Source: Chiloscyllium plagiosum
Lineage: Eukaryota
Direction of reading: 5' to 3'
DNA: 55,380 nt
Assembly: GCF_004010195.1 (NCBI RefSeq)
Contig: NC_057718.1
Span: forward strand, 82,885,411 to 82,940,790
The notes beneath the pieces were generated by a model. It was not told where the DNA came from. It saw only the letters and a program-made list of their open reading frames with translations, and did no database searches. The translations under genes were made by a program, and so were the position numbers. Shown here piece by piece: positions 13,601 to 23,449 of this stretch; position 1 is the stretch's first letter, and every line of letters begins with the position of its first letter.

Positions 13601-16600
13601 TCGAGAAATTGTGCTTTTTGTTCTTTTTTGCCATCTTCCGTAGAATTCTTTGGGCCTCATCGTGTTTCTTTTGAGACAGCAACCACCTCGGAGATTCCGG
13701 CATCAGCCTGTGAAAGCAAGACAGTCCGGTTTTTGTCATGGCACAGCTGGTTTCCACTCCCTGATGAGCATTAATGATTTCTCCGTTGAACATTACCAGT
13801 AGTAGGTGAGGAAGGCAAAGTTTGGTATGGTGGCTGCCAACTGTAAACCTCTCCAGGCTGGTATAAAAAGTGCGACAGCAGCAAGTAGTATCATCCCAAC
13901 ACTGAAGCACATCTGGTTCACAATCCCCACTGTTCTTCTGTACTCCATTCCGACAATTTCTGTAACTGGGATTAGGGAGAACATTAACACAAGGTTAGAC
14001 CTGTATCGGCGATTTCCCTTCCCAGCTCCTTTAGAAGCGTCTTCTTGCTCTACAGCCTCCTGTTGGATCAGCAAAGAAGGAATCAAACTTCCTTCTTGCA
14101 TGGTTCAAATGGCAGCATGCACCGTTTTTGTTTCGATCATTTGTGGGATCGTTGGCTGGGCCAGCATTTATTACCCGTCCCTAGTTGCCCTTGAGAAAGT
14201 TGTGGTGAGCTGCCTTCTTGAACCGCTGCCATCCAACTGTGTTGGTACTAGTTTACTCCACCATTATAATTCTTTCATGTCAGAATTACTCTGTGACTTT
14301 TTTGACTTATTAAATATTATCACCACTAGATCATAATTTCTTTCTATACTGTTTGTCTATTTTTCTACTGCAGTCAATTTCCAGATTCTCCTGTTTCCTT
14401 CTCTTGTAGCACTCCTGAACACAGAAGAATTAAGGCTAATACTGAGGCAGTGCTGCAGCATCAGAGGTGCAGTCTTTCAGGTCCGATGTTGAACCTCTTA
14501 GGTGCTTGTAAAAGCTGACATCGGACTGCTTTGAAGAAGAATGGTGGAGATATCCCAGGTATCGTGACTGAAATGTATCATTTAATCAATATGATAACAT
14601 CAGATTTTCTGAGTTAAAAATCACACAACACCAGGTTATAGTCCAACAGGTTTATTTGGAAGCACTAGCTTTCGGAGCGATGCTACCTGATGAAGGAGCA
14701 GCGCTCCGAAAGCTAGTGCTTCCAAATAAACCTGTTGGACTATAATTTTAACTTTGTACACCCCAGTCCAACACCAACACCTTCAATCATGACAGATTTT
14801 TCTGGGCATTGTCAGATTGTTGGTGGCAACTTTTTGCTTTTGTTTGGCTGCGGGGTTGTGATCGCTTCAGCGCTTTTTAAAAAAGTATTTCGTTATCTGT
14901 AAAGCACTTTGAGATTTCTAATGATCATGGCAGGTGTTTTATCAATGCAAGTCTTTTTCCTTCTCCAGGAAATCTTTTACCTTCACCTTTTTAACTTTCT
15001 TTGTGCCTTTATGTACCCAATGTTCTTTTCAATGGTACAACTCCTTGATGAGAAAAGGAAAATGGCCACTGACCGCAGCCATGGCTGAAAGAGCACATTT
15101 AAATCAGAGTTTCTAACTCAAATCTTGTGCTTTCACCTAGATTTTTCCCAGTAAGTATTAGAATAACTAATGCCATCATCTGAAATTGTTGTGACCACGA
15201 GTTGGATAGAAATATTTATCCATTTGAACTAAACAGAATACCAGCTGGGAAAGATGTTGTGAAACTTGAAAGGATTCAGAAAAGATTTACAAGGATGGTG
15301 CCAGGGTTGAAGGGTTTGAGCTATTGGAAGCTGGGGCTATTTTCTCTGGAATGTCGGAAGCTGAAGGGTAATCTTATAGAAGTTTATAAATCATGACAGG
15401 CTGAGATAGGGTACATAAACAAGGTCTTTTCTCTAGCTTAGGGGAGTCCAAAACTAGAGGGCATAGGTTTAAGGTGAGAGGGGAAGGATTTAAAAGGGAC
15501 TTAAGGGGTAACTTTTTCTCACAGAAGGTGAATTTTAGAGGAAGTGGTGGGGACTGGTACAAATACAACAGTTAAAAGACATTTGGATGGGTATGAGAAT
15601 AGGAAAGGTTTAGAGGGACATGGGCCAAATGCTGGCAAATGGGATTAGATTAGGTTAGAATATCTGGTTGGCATGGACGGGTTGGACCGAAGGGTCTGTT
15701 TCCGTGCTGTACATCTCTGTGACTGTTTGACTCTAAACAGCCCAGTTTAAAAGGAAGAAATCTGGTCTGATCTTTTATGAAGCTTAACCTGGAAGGAGTT
15801 TTGAGTTTAATTGATAGTTAGGACACGACTAAAAAGTTGTAGTTCGGAAAGGGATCATTCTGAATGATTCACAAATTGGCTTTGATATAGCATAAGACAA
15901 AATAATTGGAATATCAGCTATCTTACAATTTTCAGGCAAGTCCCAGGAAGGGAAAGCTGTGACTGAATCCTAAGCATTTTTTTTAAGGTGAAATCTGAGT
16001 TGTGTTAAGTTTGATGAGGGTTTGCTGCTGTGAGACCTACTGAGTTCTTTCACTGAACCCTACCAAACTCACCTCCTGAATCACCTCCAACACCTCAGTG
16101 GGGTCTGTCACATTTCTGTCCTGCCTTAGCACACATCCTTCCCACAACAACCCGCCATTCAGTGGATATCTGCTGAAACGCCAGGGTCATTTTAAAAACG
16201 TTGCGACGCAACTAAACAGGCACTGGCATAGTGAAGCTGCCCTGCTCATTAAAGGGCATATCTATAGGATGTCAGAGAATGGGAAGGTGCCACCACAAGT
16301 CACCGACAGGGATCTGGATGCCCGGCTGGACTGGGTGGTGTAGCCTCCTCTTCCCAGAGGACTGGCAGAGGAGGCTGTGCTGCCAGACCTGCCAGCCTGG
16401 TCTGAGGTTGCCATCTCGAGGGGGCAGAGGAATTCCCAGCAGTGCTAACAAAAGGTCAATGACCTTCTCCATTCTGCCAGGGTAAGAGTCACACTCTTTT
16501 CTCCCTGCCATCTCACACTCACTCTATCCCTACCACTACGCATAGTATCTTGCCCTTCTGATGAAGGGCTTTTTGCCCAAAACGTGGATTTTCCTGCTTC

Positions 16601-19600
16601 TCGGATGCTGCCTGACCTGCTGTGCTTTCCCAGCACCACTCCAATCCAGACTCCCATCAATCTCATTAATGCCTGCAACATTTTTCATCACTCTCTCTCC
16701 TCCCTAGCCTCCTACACCACTAACCCTATGCGCTGCCTCCTCAATCCTTAACTCCACCTCACCATACCCAGCCCCCCCCCCACCCCACCCCACCCTGTGC
16801 ACCCAGTACCATCTCACTCATACCCCCTCCCCGCAAGAGGACAGGGCAAAGTGAGCTCATGTGGTTGGAGCTGTGCCCAACGTCAGGCTCCTTATCCAAG
16901 AAGTCTTGCTCATGCAGACGAAGACAGGGATGAGTAATGTTCACTCTGCAAGCCACTACAACTCTCCCATTAGACCCGCTGTCACTCTCACTTTGTCTGT
17001 GACCTTCCTCTCTCTGAAGAAGAGTCCACAAACCTCCACTTCAGTGTCTCACCCCACCAGAAGTCTCATCCTCGACCTTAGAATCCCTACAGTGTGGAAT
17101 CAGGCCACTTGGCCCAATAAGTCCCCTCCGACTCTGTGAAGAGTAACCCACCCAGACCCATTCCCTTGACCGTATTACTCTACATTTACCCCAGACTAAT
17201 GCACCTAACCTACACATCCCTGAACACTATGGGCAAGTTAGCACGGCCAATTCCTCCAAACTGCACATCTTTGGATTGTGGGAGGAAACCAGAGCGCCCG
17301 GAGGAAACCCACGCAGACACGGGGAGAAGGTGCAAACTCACACGGATGTCACTAGAGGCTGGAATCGAACCCGGGTCCCTGGCACTGTGAGGCTGCAGTG
17401 CTAACCACTGAGCCTGTGTCGCCCGAGCATCTGAGGATGACAGCGTACTTATCTTCCAAGGATATCAGCAGGACCCAGCAGGTCAGGTACTGACACCTCG
17501 GAGGTTACGGCTGTGTGAGGGAGGGAGAGTCCACACTCTGTAGCTGGCTGAGGAAGGAAACTTGCCAGAGCCTTGGCATTCAGAGGACATTGCCCAGGCG
17601 AGATGGCATCCAAGTGCACAAGGATGAATAAGGGCAGCAGATAGAGATATGGGATGTAATGACCCTTACTGCGCAGAGGCTGCAGCAATGCAGCAAATCC
17701 AGTGACCATCTGGCTGCCTCCAAGGACAGATTGGTGACAGCCATGGAGGTCCAGGTCCAGTATCACCAGCGGCTGCTGTCCATCTATGTCTTCCCCCCAC
17801 CCCCCGCCAACACACACACACACACACACCCCACCCCCGTCACCTCAACGTAGTCCTGAGGATCGAGAGCATGGTGACTGTGGGGGTGATGTGGGGAACC
17901 TTGACCCTGCTTCAGGTGCTCCTTCTGCACGAGGAGACAGGGCAGTGTCCCAGGAACCAGAGGAGAAGGCGCATATAGGCACCCGTTTCAGTTTACACGC
18001 AAGGACTCTATAGAAGTGGCCAGCTCCCTCCCCCTCCACCCTCTCTGACCCTTTGGAGTCTTGTGGCTGGTGCCTGTGGACCATGCCCTGAGATGCTGTT
18101 GCCTAGCGTCCAACATTTGGACCAAGTGGCGCGCTGAATCTGCCAGGTACATACTCTGGTTTCCTCACTTGAGGTTTCCCAACATCGAGCTTGTTTGGTG
18201 AGTTTGGTAAGATGGGAGACTGAATATTATTGAGGCAAGTTATGGTGTTAACAAGCTGTTTAACAAGCGTTAAATCATCTTCAATTGGCATCTCACCGCT
18301 GGCTAGCGAGAATCTTACCACATCAATTGTGGAAAATATAAAAGATGGAATGAGACAGCTTCAATGTTGAGTTAGGGTTTGCCATAGTTATTGTCCAATT
18401 CTGCCACAAATCTCACCATAGTCACTCAGAGCCCAATAAGATTTCACTCTTGTATTTTAATTGGTGCATTCCACCATCTCAGTATATGTCCCGAAGAACT
18501 TTACAGTCAATGAAGTATATTTGAAGTGTGGTCGTTATTTAAATGTAGGTAATGCTGCAGCCAATTTACTCACATTGAGCTACCATAACAGTAATGCAAT
18601 AATCAACAGAAAACATGATTTTCTGATGATAGTTGAGCATTAGACATTAGCCAGAACACTGTAGATAAATCCCCTCATCTTTTTCAGTCATAGTCTGATG
18701 GGACCTCTTATGTTCAATTTGAAGAATACATGGGGCCTCAGTTTAATGTCTCGTCTGAAAACCGACCCTTCAGAAAGTGCATCACTCCCTCAGTATTGCA
18801 CAGCACACCAGTGTAGACTCTTCTGTTCAAGTGTCTTGTGTGTCACATAAACCCACAACCATTGGCCGGTGAGGTAGATGTGCTCCTGATTGAACCATGG
18901 CTGAGGCCACTGAGGTGTATGTATGATGTCAGAGTGGGTTTCTTTCAGAGTATCCCATCGAAGGATTTATCCAAGGGGTGAGTGTGGTCACTAAGGGCAG
19001 AAGGGGAACTGGCTTCTTTTACAATGTGGTATTGGAAACACAATTGCTCATTTGGTAAGTCAGTCTGTATTGAAAAAGCTGAGGGAATGTTTACTGGTAA
19101 ACTCTCTCTGGAGAGTCAGTCTGCAATGAGCTAGAATATTGGGTTAAACCTATTCATCAGAGTAAGGTTTTATATTTGTGTTTGTGATCCAAGGGTCAAG
19201 AAGGAATAGACTGACTCTTCCTGGAAAACTATTCATCATTGTCTGCCTTTTTGTTGCTGATTGCTGTATCAATTTAGTAATAGCACTTTGAACGCACCTC
19301 CCCCATTATATTTGAGGACCACATTTGTTGATTGACTAAACCAACATGTTGACCCAGCTTGTATTCAAGTTGGTTTATAATTGGCTAAACCTCATAAGAA
19401 AATCTACCAGTTCACTCTGTTAATGTACAAATACATCTAACAGTTTTATATCCTACTTGATCGGGGAATACATGGTTGGTTAAAGAGCTCTTGTGGTGCA
19501 GTGGCAGTGTTTCTACTTTTCGGCCAGAAGATCAAAGTTCAAGTCCTACCTGCACCTGAGGCATATCACAACATATCTGGACAGGTTGGTTTCAATAACT

Positions 19601-20604
19601 ACCCAACTAGTTAGTTGTCCTTATCCAAGACCCCAGAGGGCTGCGCATACTCAGATGTCGAGATAGATAGATGTTTGAACTCCAGGAGAAACAAGAAATA
19701 CAGGGGTTAGGCAGAAAAGTGAAGTCAAGAATAAATGTAATTCAATGGTCATGATCATTGAATGATGAGGCCGGGGGTTGCATAGCTTAATCCTGCTCCA
19801 CGTTGTTATAATCATGCATTAAATCACTTTTAAAACAGGAGTGTTGATCATTGACAACTGAGACCAGTCCAAGAATAAACAAAAGACAAAAAGGAAAGAG
19901 AGATGTTATTTTATGTCACACCTTTATGAGGGACATCGAAAAGATCTTCACAGGCAATTGAACACTTTAAGGAAACTAAAACTAATTCCAGTCCAGAGGG
20001 TAATTAAACAGGAGTTTAGATTAGAGTGGTGCTGGAAAAGCACGTTCGATTTTCCTGCTCCTCGGATGCTGCCTGACCTGCAGTGCTTTTCCAGCACCCA
20101 CTCTAATACAGACTCTGATCTCCAGCATCTGCAGTCCTCACTTTCACCTACTTAAACAGGGGTGTCCACTGATCGCAAATCAGTGTCACTAATCAACACA
20201 GGTACGAATACTCATTACGAATACAATAATCCGAAAGCTTACTTAAGACATAGGCACTCAGCCAACCACCCTTGCTGAGCAATCCCTGCAGAGTGCGGAA
20301 GATGATGAACCAAAGGTAACTTGGAGCAAACGCCACAGCGAGCCCAGCAACTGAGGTTGTAAAAACGGAAAACAGGAAGCATTTTTTTCTGCCATAACTA
20401 TGAGAAAGAGTGGAAAGATTTCATGTTTCAATACATTTAAAAGTGATACAGTTAAGTATGCAATTGGCAAAAAGGTGGCATAGATATGAATTATACATAC
20501 ACGTCTGCTGCAAAACCCAGGAATATTGTTCCAAGCATAAATCCCGCATTTACACAAGACTGGGACAAGTCCACCTTCCAAGCCTCAGCACACACTAGTC
20601 CAAA
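1619..20604 (-). CDS. SLC22A2: SLC22A1/2/3-type organic cation transporter, exons 2-11 (join complement 20501-20604, 20243-20397, 13797-13965, 13590-13707, 11930-12036, 10974-11188, 9597-9705, 8239-8351, 3007-3106, 1619-1697); 422 aa + stop; exon 1 not visible
   Basis: Ten GT-AG exons with compatible phases total 1269 nt with no internal stop. Motifs: PESPRWL, DRVGRR, ELYPT, CDFGG, LPET...LPETIEEAE. Exon sizes 104/155/169/107/215/109/113/100 fit the OCT gene structure as I recall it. The paralogue (A2 vs A3 vs lineage-specific) cannot be fixed by eye. Confidence 0.93.
1945..2582 (+). mobile_element. Probable solo LTR in the last OCT intron, related to the LTR at ~40500-41229
   Basis: Ends ...ttatgaCA. 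Shares ctttaaat.gtggactga and agctgattggtc...ccttctg.c..ccaacaa blocks with the reverse complement of 40960-41220. Confidence 0.5.
3007..3106 (-). CDS. SLC22A2: OCT exon 10: (G)[32 protein letters not shown](R)
   Basis: gcag|GA...CG|gtatgt; 100 nt; SLC22 C-terminal LPET motifs. Confidence 0.93.
3219..3782 (+). mobile_element. Two tandem HE1-type V-SINEs
   Basis: tRNA-like head ggtggctcagtggttagcac; the V-domain ctccccgtgtctgcgtgggtttcc is present twice. Confidence 0.85.
4449..4761 (+). mobile_element. Penelope-like element 3' end with hammerhead-like motif (C3 mutated)
   Basis: 11-bp TSD tctctccacat (4438-4448 / 4762-4772); TTGAAGA-A-GGGC-TTAT-GCCC-GAAAC-GTC at 4672-4699. Confidence 0.75.
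4788..5100 (+). mobile_element. HE1-type V-SINE
   Basis: tRNA head, V-domain and atctaatcta tail. Confidence 0.9.
7340..7790 (-). mobile_element. HE1 SINE (7340-7593) abutting a CR1 3' tail (7596-7790)
   Basis: Reverse complements of the V-domain and of the HER1-type tail. Confidence 0.8.
8239..8351 (-). CDS. SLC22A2: OCT exon 9: (R)[37 protein letters not shown](G)
   Basis: caacag|G...G|gtgagt; 113 nt; OCT-diagnostic CD(I/F)GG. Confidence 0.93.
9293..9329 (+). repeat. Interrupted (TG)n microsatellite
   Basis: tgtgtgtg...cgtgcatgcgtgtgtg. Confidence 0.9.
9597..9705 (-). CDS. SLC22A2: OCT exon 8: (D)[35 protein letters not shown](R)
   Basis: ttcag|AT...AG|gtaggt; 109 nt; ELYPT motif; not in the ORF track. 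Confidence 0.93.
10974..11188 (-). CDS. SLC22A2: OCT exon 7: (W)[71 protein letters not shown]
   Basis: ttcag|G...G|gtaaat; 215 nt; DRVGRR motif. Confidence 0.95.
11930..12036 (-). CDS. SLC22A2: OCT exon 6: [35 protein letters not shown](W)
   Basis: ttttgtcag|ACA...TG|gtaag; 107 nt; PS.xDL.xTP.xRKHT motif. Confidence 0.92.
12620..13510 (+). mobile_element. CR1 (HER1-like) LINE 3' fragment in OCT intron 5
   Basis: [13 protein letters not shown]...; typical 3' tail. Confidence 0.9.
13590..13707 (-). CDS. SLC22A2: OCT exon 5: (W)[39 protein letters not shown]
   Basis: tttcacag|G...GAG|gtggct; PESPRWL motif. Confidence 0.92.
13797..13965 (-). CDS. SLC22A2: OCT exon 4: (I)[55 protein letters not shown](W)
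   Basis: cccag|TT...TG|gtaatg; 169 nt; followed by an 89-nt intron. Confidence 0.95.
14611..14792 (+). mobile_element. Penelope-like fold-back insert
   Basis: Perfect 44-bp inverted repeat (14636-14679 / 14702-14745); TSD-like cagatttt(t)ct at 14601-14610 / 14793-14803. Confidence 0.8.
14684..14718 (+). ncRNA. Minimal type-I hammerhead ribozyme motif, intact core
   Basis: CUGAUGA(14687-93)-A-GGAGC-agc-GCUCC-GAAA(14708-11)-GCUA, predicted cut after 14715. Palindromic AGCU replaces stem III; short stem I UAC/GUG. Confidence 0.75.
15245..15735 (+). mobile_element. CR1 (HER1-like) 3' fragment
   Basis: [16 protein letters not shown]; 3' tail. Confidence 0.88.
16000..18325 (+). mobile_element. 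Degenerate PIF/Harbinger DNA transposon carrying a Myb/SANT-like ORF fossil
   Basis: Frameshifted [27 protein letters not shown]...AWSEVA...[13 protein letters not shown] followed by a GT donor (gg|gtaag, ~16481). Boundaries uncertain. Confidence 0.6.
17078..17425 (-). mobile_element. HE1-type V-SINE
   Basis: Reverse-complement head, V-domain and tail. Confidence 0.9.
18450..18915 (-). mobile_element. Deu-domain SINE (SacSINE1-like)
   Basis: Reverse complement of cagacgagacattaaactgaggcccc, aaattggctgcagc and cttcattgactgtaaag. Confidence 0.7.
19484..19600 (+). mobile_element. Short tRNA-derived SINE (related copies ~22780-22870 + and ~11590-11650 -)
   Basis: A-box tggtgcagtgg and B-box gttcaagtcc; no complete cloverleaf. 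Confidence 0.55.
20243..20397 (-). CDS. SLC22A2: OCT exon 3: [51 protein letters not shown]
   Basis: ctttctcatag|T...A|gtaagc; 155 nt; FR.xQG.xSKG.W motif of OCT TM4. Confidence 0.95.
20501..20604 (-). CDS. SLC22A2: OCT exon 2: [34 protein letters not shown](V)
   Basis: ggacag|TTT...GT|gtatgt; 104 nt; phase-0 start. Confidence 0.93.
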
Positions 20605-20730
20605 CTGTCCAAGTGATGTGGGTAAACAAAAATGAACATCATTAATCTGGCATTTCACACTTTTTCAACTTCTTCTATGTCATCATAAAGTCTGATATTG
20701 TTCTCATCACATGTCCATTTTCCATTAAGA

Positions 20731-21007
20731 TGTTAGCACTGCTGCCTCACAGCGTCAGAGACCCGGGTTCAATTCCCGCCTCAGGCAACTCTCTGTGTGG
20801 AGTTTGCACGTTCTCCCCGTGTCTTGCGTGGGTTTCCTCCGGGTGCTCCGGTTTCCTCCCACAGTCCAAAAAATGTGCAGGTTAGGTGAATTGGCCATGC
20901 TAAATTGCCCATAGTGTTAGGTGAAGGGGAATGGGTCTGGGTGGGTTGCGCTTCGGAGGGTCGGTGTGCACTTGTTGGGCCGAAGGGCTGTATCTAATCG
21001 AATCTAA
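20731..21007 (+). mobile_element. HE1-type V-SINE (young)
   Basis: Near-consensus head and V-domain. Confidence 0.92.
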
Positions 21008-21699
21008 CTATGTGGTCAGGATAATAGCCTGTGGCTCCATTATGGAATTGTACCCAGGTTAAATATGATGTTTCTCTTTCCGCTGACTCAGCTGACATCA
21101 GCCAGCTCAGAGTGGGTCATTGATCAAGGTTGGGAGTTACATGATCTGCTTGCTTTAACTTCGTTAACTGCTCTTTTGAGGACAGCCCCTGTGTAGCTTG
21201 AAATGGGGATAGTCTCATGCACAGGTACCAATTTGCCAGGAACTAGCCTTTGTTTTCCTGAATTCAGCAAAGCTAAAGAGGGAGATTTGATAAGCTAAAA
21301 CCAGCAAGAAAGAAGCACATTCATAGTGAGTGATGGAGAAATGGCTAATACTAAAAAACTTGCTTCAGAGGTCACAAAGGGGTGAGTTTTGAGATTACAA
21401 AATCACCGAACATGCATTTGATGCAGCAACTGAAGGTTGCTATCCCAAAAGAAATGGTATTGTAGAGAAATTGCTTTAACTGAAGAATCATTGGAACTTC
21501 ATGCTTTACATCCAAGGGGGAAGCTAGGGGTAAAACAACAAGATTCCAACTAATATTATCTCGAATATTAGGGCAAGGAAATTTATGAAGGTATGAAATG
21601 TGATCCTGCTCATCAGGAAATGGGTTAACTCAGGATATGTTACAGCCACCTTGTCTTATAGCAATTCTTGGGACATGACTAGCGTATGTATTAGAATTT

Positions 21700-23445
21700 A
21701 TTTCCAATCCTTATTGCTCTTGGGAAGGTGATTATGAACTGCCTTCTTGAACTGCTACTGTCCATGTGGTATAGATACTCCCACGATACAGTTAGGGAGG
21801 GAGTTCCAGAATTTTGAGTTTCTGAAGGATCTAAATCAGGATAGTGAGTGGCTTAGAGAGGAACTTACCACAGTGGTGTTCCCATCTATCTGCTGCCCTC
21901 CCCTACCTTTCTCAAAGGTAGTCGGTGTGGGGTTGGAAGATGCTGTCTATGATGAATCCTTGCAGTGCACCTTGGTTTAGTACATATTGCTGCCACTGAG
22001 AGTCAGTAGTGGATGCTTGGGGATGTGGTGCCAATCAAGAGGACTTTTTTATCCTGAATGGTGTCATGTTTTCTTGAGTGTTATTGAAGCTGCATCCATC
22101 CAGGAAAGTGGAGATTATTCAATCTGAGTAACTCACAGTAACTCAGTTCTCGACCTGTCTCTTGTAGATGATCAGGCTCTGGGGAATCAGGAGGTGAGTT
22201 ACTCACTGCAGGAATCCTAACCTCTGTCCTGCTTTTGGTACCCACAGCATTTATAAGGTGAGTACAATTCAGTTTCTGGTCAAAGGTAAACCTCAATATA
22301 TTGATAGTGGGGGATTCAGTGATGATGATGGCTTTGAATGTCAAGGGGCAACAATTAGGTTGTCTGTTACTAGAGATGAGCTGAAAATGTGTTGCTGGAA
22401 AAGCACAGCAGGTCATGCAGCATCCAAGGAGCAGGAGAATCGATGTTTCGGGCATGAGCCCTTTTTCGGGCTCATGCCCGAAACATCGATTCTCCTGCTC
22501 CTTGGATGCTGCCTGACCTGCTGCGCTTTTCCATCAACACATTTTCAGTTCTGATCTCCAGCATCTGCAGTCCTCACTTTCTCCTGTTACTAGAGATGGC
22601 CGTTGCCTGACATTTGTGTGTGGCACAAATGTTATATGTCACCGACAAACTCAAGCCTGGATATTGCTCAGGTCTTGCTGCATCTGAGGAATTGCAAATG
22701 GTGCTGAGCACTGTGCAATCATCAGTGAACATTTGTCCTTGACCTTATGATGGAGCGAAGGTCATTGCTGAAGCAGCTACGTCCCTCTCTCTGAGCCCGG
22801 AGGCCTGGGTTCAAGGCTCACCTTTTCCAGAGTATGTAACAGCACCTCTAAACCGTTTGCTTAGAAAATGCTTGCCAGAGGAACTCCTGTAGAGATATCT
22901 TCAAGCTGAGATGACTAACATCAATAACCACAACCATCCTCCTCTGTGCCAGGTTACAACGAGCAGGAAGTTTTCTCCGAATTCTCAATGACTCCAGTTT
23001 TGCTGGGGCTGCTCGATGCCACACTCGGTCAAATGCAGCCTTAACGTTAAGGGGGTTGTCACTCTCATCTCCCCTCTGGCATTCAGCTCTTTAGTCCATG
23101 GCTGTAATGCAGTCAGGAGCTGAGCGATCCTGGCAGCACCCCAAGTGGGCAGCAGAGAGCAGGCTATTGTTTGGCAAGTTCTGCTTGATGGTACTGATGC
23201 TGACGCCTATCACATTTCATGTGATTGAGAGTAGACTGATGGGATGGTCATTAGTTGGGTTGGGTTTCACCTGCTCTTTGTGAACAGGAAATACCTGGGC
23301 AATTTTCCACAATGTCAGAGAAGTGTCACTGTTGAGGCTATACTGCAGCAGCTTGGCCAGGAGAGGAGCAGGTTCTGGAGCACACATCTTCAGTACTAGT
23401 GTCAGGGCCCATAGCTTTCACAGTCTCCAGTGCCTCCCACCATTT
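21700..23445 (-). mobile_element. Degenerate CR1/L2-group LINE, same family as 3790-6565
   Basis: KAMGPD, ESPTINIL..DQKLN motifs on the minus strand. Confidence 0.75.
22379..22583 (+). mobile_element. Penelope-like fold-back insert
   Basis: ~83-bp inverted arms (22379-22461 / 22468-22550); 15-bp TSD ctgttactagagatg (22364-22378 / 22584-22598); hammerhead CUGA half deleted. Confidence 0.82.
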
Positions 23446-23449
23446 CTTA

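Larger units (their letters stand above)
14435..14962 (+). mobile_element. Deu-domain SINE (SacSINE1/AmnSINE-like), interrupted by a Penelope-like hairpin
   Basis: gtgctgca..gaggtgc.gtctttc, tttgaagaaga, ctgtaaagcactttg, aatgcaagtcttt blocks match the Deu-SINE consensus as I recall it. Confidence 0.65.

Noticed and set aside
13806..14336. 176-aa plus-strand ORF
   Set aside because: Antisense shadow of OCT exon 4 plus a LINE tail; no recognisable domain.
19484..19560. tRNA gene candidates here and at the HE1 heads
   Set aside because: A/B boxes only, with no full cloverleaf; these are SINE heads.
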